This document shows positions 56,359 to 59,006 of a DNA stretch of 59,006 nt, one piece after another. Under the pieces are notes generated by a model that was not told the origin of the DNA, made no database searches, and saw only the letters and a program-made list of their open reading frames with translations. Position numbers and translations under genes: made by a program. The DNA is taken from the NCBI GenBank assembly GCA_903899795.1, contig CAIUKX010000197.1, positions 1 through 59,006 on the forward strand, given 5' to 3'. Origin of the DNA: an uncultured Flavobacteriales bacterium (GTDB taxonomy: Bacteria > Bacteroidota > Bacteroidia > Flavobacteriales_D > Crocinitomicaceae). Position 1 is the first letter of the stretch. Every line of letters begins with the position of its first letter.

Positions 56359-57253
56359 ATTGTAATTTAAACCGAAAAGGAAGTACAGATTCAACCGCAA
56401 CTTTTTTACCATTGTTTTCACCTGGAATCCATTTGGGCATCAAGTTAACGACACGGATCACTTCCTTATTAAAGTTTTGAGCTCCCGAAACACTTCGCAT
56501 GATTTTCGGTGAAGTAACATTTCCGAATTCATCAATTGTTACTTTTACGTAGACGATGCCTTCGATGTTATTGTCTTTTTCATAGTCAGGGTAGTGAACA
56601 TTTTTTTGGATGAAATTGAACATGGCATCCATTCCTCCATCGTATTCGGGCATTTTCTCGGCAAATGCAAGGGGTTTGTCACCAGGAGAATTTTCAATAA
56701 AGTCAGGTTCACCCATAGGTACTGGAGGAGATTCAAGTACTACATCTCCGCTCAAAACTTCAGGAGGAGGGAGATAAACAACATCACCACTTATAGGTTC
56801 ACCTTCTTGACGAATAGTTTCTGGTGATTTGGGTTTTGATTCATTCGATTGTTTTGTACTATCTGTAAATTTTGGAGGAATTACTTCTCCCAGCGTTCTC
56901 TGATCAATAGGATCCTTGGTTTTTATCGCACCATTATCTGAACTGCAAGATACCAGACTCAGGCAAACCAATGTAAGAACAAGAAACGATGAATTGACGG
57001 GACGTTTTCTAAGAGCTTCAATTAAAATAGGAATGTCTTCATGATGAAAATCGAATTGCCCATGATTCATTCTTCCGCACACACGTTCATTAGGGTTGGA
57101 AAGCAAATGGATGATGATCTCCTCACGACTTTTCTGCGTGAAATCAAATACCGATTTATCGCATACGTCACAGTGACGTGAGAGTAATCCGATTTTCATT
57201 TTACTCCAATCTTCGCTACAAGGTTCTTTGATGTGTACTTTCATAGGAATCAA
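56357..57253 (-). CDS. TonB-family energy transducer with an N-terminal Cys-rich (zinc-ribbon-like) segment
   Basis: C-terminal TonB domain (MPEYDGGMDAMFNFIQKNVHYP...IEGIVYVKVTIDEFGNV). N-terminal CSEDWSKM...RHCDVCDKSVFDFT, one TM, and a Pro-rich spacer. Confidence 0.8.
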   Translation of the reverse strand: MIPMKVHIKEPCSEDWSKMKIGLLSRHCDVCDKSVFDFTQKSREEIIIHLLSNPNERVCGRMNHGQFDFHHEDIPILIEALRKRPVNSSFLVLTLVCLSLVSCSSDNGAIKTKDPIDQRTLGEVIPPKFTDSTKQSNESKPKSPETIRQEGEPISGDVVYLPPPEVLSGDVVLESPPVPMGEPDFIENSPGDKPLAFAEKMPEYDGGMDAMFNFIQKNVHYPDYEKDNNIEGIVYVKVTIDEFGNVTSPKIMRSVSGAQNFNKEVIRVVNLMPKWIPGENNGKKVAVESVLPFRFKLQ

Positions 57254-57326
57254 TTTGTTAGTTGTACATCTATTGGTTGGGATGGTTCAATGAAAACGTA
57301 AAGATTACAAAAATATTTTGTGGTGT

Positions 57327-57358
57327 TTGTAGGGACAAGTCGCGACCTGTCCCTACAA
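57327..57358. repeat. 32-nt palindrome sharing the GTAGGGACA...TGTCCCTAC core, abutting the porin stop codon
   Basis: TTGTAGGGACAAGTCG|CGACCTGTCCCTACAA: 16-bp arms with one A-C mismatch. Confidence 0.85.
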
Positions 57359-59006
57359 TTAAAAGAATGCACGCACTTCCATTCCACCCGAATGAATGAA
57401 TTTTCCGCTTTCGGTTTTTCTGCCATTGTATTGTAAAGAAACTTGTAATGTTTTAGAAATAGAATGCTGATAACCGAAGTTCCAGGTGAAATTCATTCCG
57501 GGTTTAAGGGCTTCCAACATTTCAAAACCAACAGCAGAATTCTGAACCCCATTGTATTGAATATTGACCATTGTAATTGTTCCGTGAAAACTTCCTTTTT
57601 CCGCTTTATTGTATTTGAAGGAAGAGCCTATTTCCCGGATGGTTGCAACATCTCCACCATATTCTGCCGCGTTTTGTTTGTTTGAATAACGTCCGTCAAG
57701 TGTGATACGGAATGTAGTGGAAGGTTGATAGATTAAACTGGGTTTGATAAAGTAGTAATTCAGTGAATAATTTCTGCCCGTCGTATAATCGGCTGCTGCT
57801 ATTTTTATCCCTTTTTGTGTGGTAGCCTCGATCGTAAAAATGGTTTTGATATTCCATCGGAAAGAGACTTCTCCATAGCTATTTTGACGTGAGTCAAAGC
57901 CACTGGCTAAAAGAACTTTACTTCTGGTATCTTGTAAAGTAAAATCGGCACCGAAAATATTGGAGGTACGATTGAAGAAAAGAGTGTTTCTCAAATTACT
58001 GGTTGTAGAAAGCAGGTTGGAATCTCTGATCGCAGCTGAAAAAGGATTGAAAGCATCAACACCTTTGAATAGATTGGTTTTTCGATTCATCCGAATCCTG
58101 GCCTGATCGGAAAATTTGGAGAGGAATTTTTTCACTCCTTTTTTCGTTGCCCAAATCCGTTCCGGTCGCCAGAAAAATCCTTGATTCAACTCATTGGAAT
58201 AAGTTTTAATGTAGGTATTGCTTGGCGTAAAAATTCGGATGTAATCCGCTTGATCGACATATTGGGCTACCTCAAATTCATTCAAATCTTTGACACCATC
58301 ATTGTTGTAATCAATCCAGGTATAGATTCCTTGTCCGTCGTTGACACGGATGTACAAAAATTCTTTTTTCAATTCTAGTCCAGAACCGATTTCGTAAAAA
58401 TTATTGAACGTAAACGCACCTTTTAAAGCCCGGATATCGTAATCTATTCGACCTAAAAGCGTATTTTCAGGTGTTTGGGAAATCAACTGCGGATTTTGAA
58501 TTTTCAGTTCACGATAGCTTGTCACGACATTCAAAGTTTGATTTTTCAAGCTCACTAATTTCAGTTCACCTCCAGCTGTTCTAGCTCTTGCTGCAGGTGC
58601 AAGGTTTGTTGTATTTGAACGCATATCATATCGCTCACGGTAAAATAATTTAAAACTGTTTTTAGACGAATCACCGTTTGCAATGTAAAACTGATAGTCG
58701 TAGAACTGGTAACTTGTTAGAGACAAGGGAGTGGTGGTGGTTGAATTGTGAAAGAGATTCAGTTCATGGTCGTCTTTAAAGCCAAGTCGAAAATTTTTAA
58801 TACTGTGAGTCACATCGACTTTATGCCGCAGGTATTGATTTTTATCGGTTGCCTGACTCGAAAGATAACTGGCGTCCCAAGTGGCATTGGTTCCTTTTTG
58901 TTTCCATTTACCGTTTGATTTTGTTCGAAGACCTTGGTAATCTGTACCATAAACATAGTATTGTCCTTCCAGATTAATATTTCCATACTTTCTGTTTTTG
59001 AAATTC
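57359..59006 (-). CDS. Outer-membrane beta-barrel protein (putative porin family); N-terminus beyond the window
   Basis: Ends ...GMEVRAFF (aromatic C-terminus) with alternating beta-strand patterns. My translation shows the frame stays open upstream of the track start (58813) to base 59006. Confidence 0.7.
   Translation of the reverse strand, partial: NFKNRKYGNINLEGQYYVYGTDYQGLRTKSNGKWKQKGTNATWDASYLSSQATDKNQYLRHKVDVTHSIKNFRLGFKDDHELNLFHNSTTTTPLSLTSYQFYDYQFYIANGDSSKNSFKLFYRERYDMRSNTTNLAPAARARTAGGELKLVSLKNQTLNVVTSYRELKIQNPQLISQTPENTLLGRIDYDIRALKGAFTFNNFYEIGSGLELKKEFLYIRVNDGQGIYTWIDYNNDGVKDLNEFEVAQYVDQADYIRIFTPSNTYIKTYSNELNQGFFWRPERIWATKKGVKKFLSKFSDQARIRMNRKTNLFKGVDAFNPFSAAIRDSNLLSTTSNLRNTLFFNRTSNIFGADFTLQDTRSKVLLASGFDSRQNSYGEVSFRWNIKTIFTIEATTQKGIKIAAADYTTGRNYSLNYYFIKPSLIYQPSTTFRITLDGRYSNKQNAAEYGGDVATIREIGSSFKYNKAEKGSFHGTITMVNIQYNGVQNSAVGFEMLEALKPGMNFTWNFGYQHSISKTLQVSLQYNGRKTESGKFIHSGGMEVRAFF

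Overview
59-kb AT-rich chromosomal segment that looks like core genome of a Bacteroidota (Flavobacteriia-like) bacterium. Supporting marks are two proteins with T9SS C-terminal sorting domains and SprB-type repeats, TAnnTTTG -7 boxes, ftsX-DUF3098-uppP-truB synteny and cyoE-cox3-cox3-cox4-SCO-SCO-DUF420 synteny. I call about 51 CDS. Housekeeping genes: cvpA, dut, hemJ, lysS, dxs, queA, truB, uppP, ftsX, lepA, era, der. Functional clusters: a small glycan-assembly locus (2 GTs, Wzx, FkbM methyltransferase, GT-C-like membrane protein); an OmpR/HK pair; an envelope operon (nucleotidyltransferase-TPR-DUF4292-M23/EnvC-like); a complete trans-4-hydroxy-L-proline catabolic cluster with an AraC regulator and an MFS transporter; and the accessory genes of a caa3-type oxidase. 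I found no rRNA, tRNA, CRISPR array, transposase, integrase or recognisable defence genes, so I cannot point to a multi-gene novel system. The most unusual items are listed here. (1) An orphan 892-aa two-TM envelope protein fuses a degenerate metzincin-like domain to a DUF900/lipase-like GxSxG hydrolase, between queA and truB. (2) A secreted Cys-containing protein ends in a Hint (Hedgehog/intein-type) autoprocessing domain and is appended to the EnvC-like operon. (3) Several families of short intergenic repeats sit exactly at gene 3' ends: AGACTCAAGAC-headed NNAAGAC arrays, a conserved GTAGGGACA...TGTCCCTAC palindrome with a compensatory change, a 43-nt motif, and GATGTTG heptamer arrays. (4) An orphan intrinsic terminator follows a 38-codon hydrophobic sORF in the ftsX-lepA spacer. 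(5) Large loop insertions occur in a cox3 paralog and in the MFS transporter. All functional calls come from reading motifs in the supplied translations; no database search was possible.
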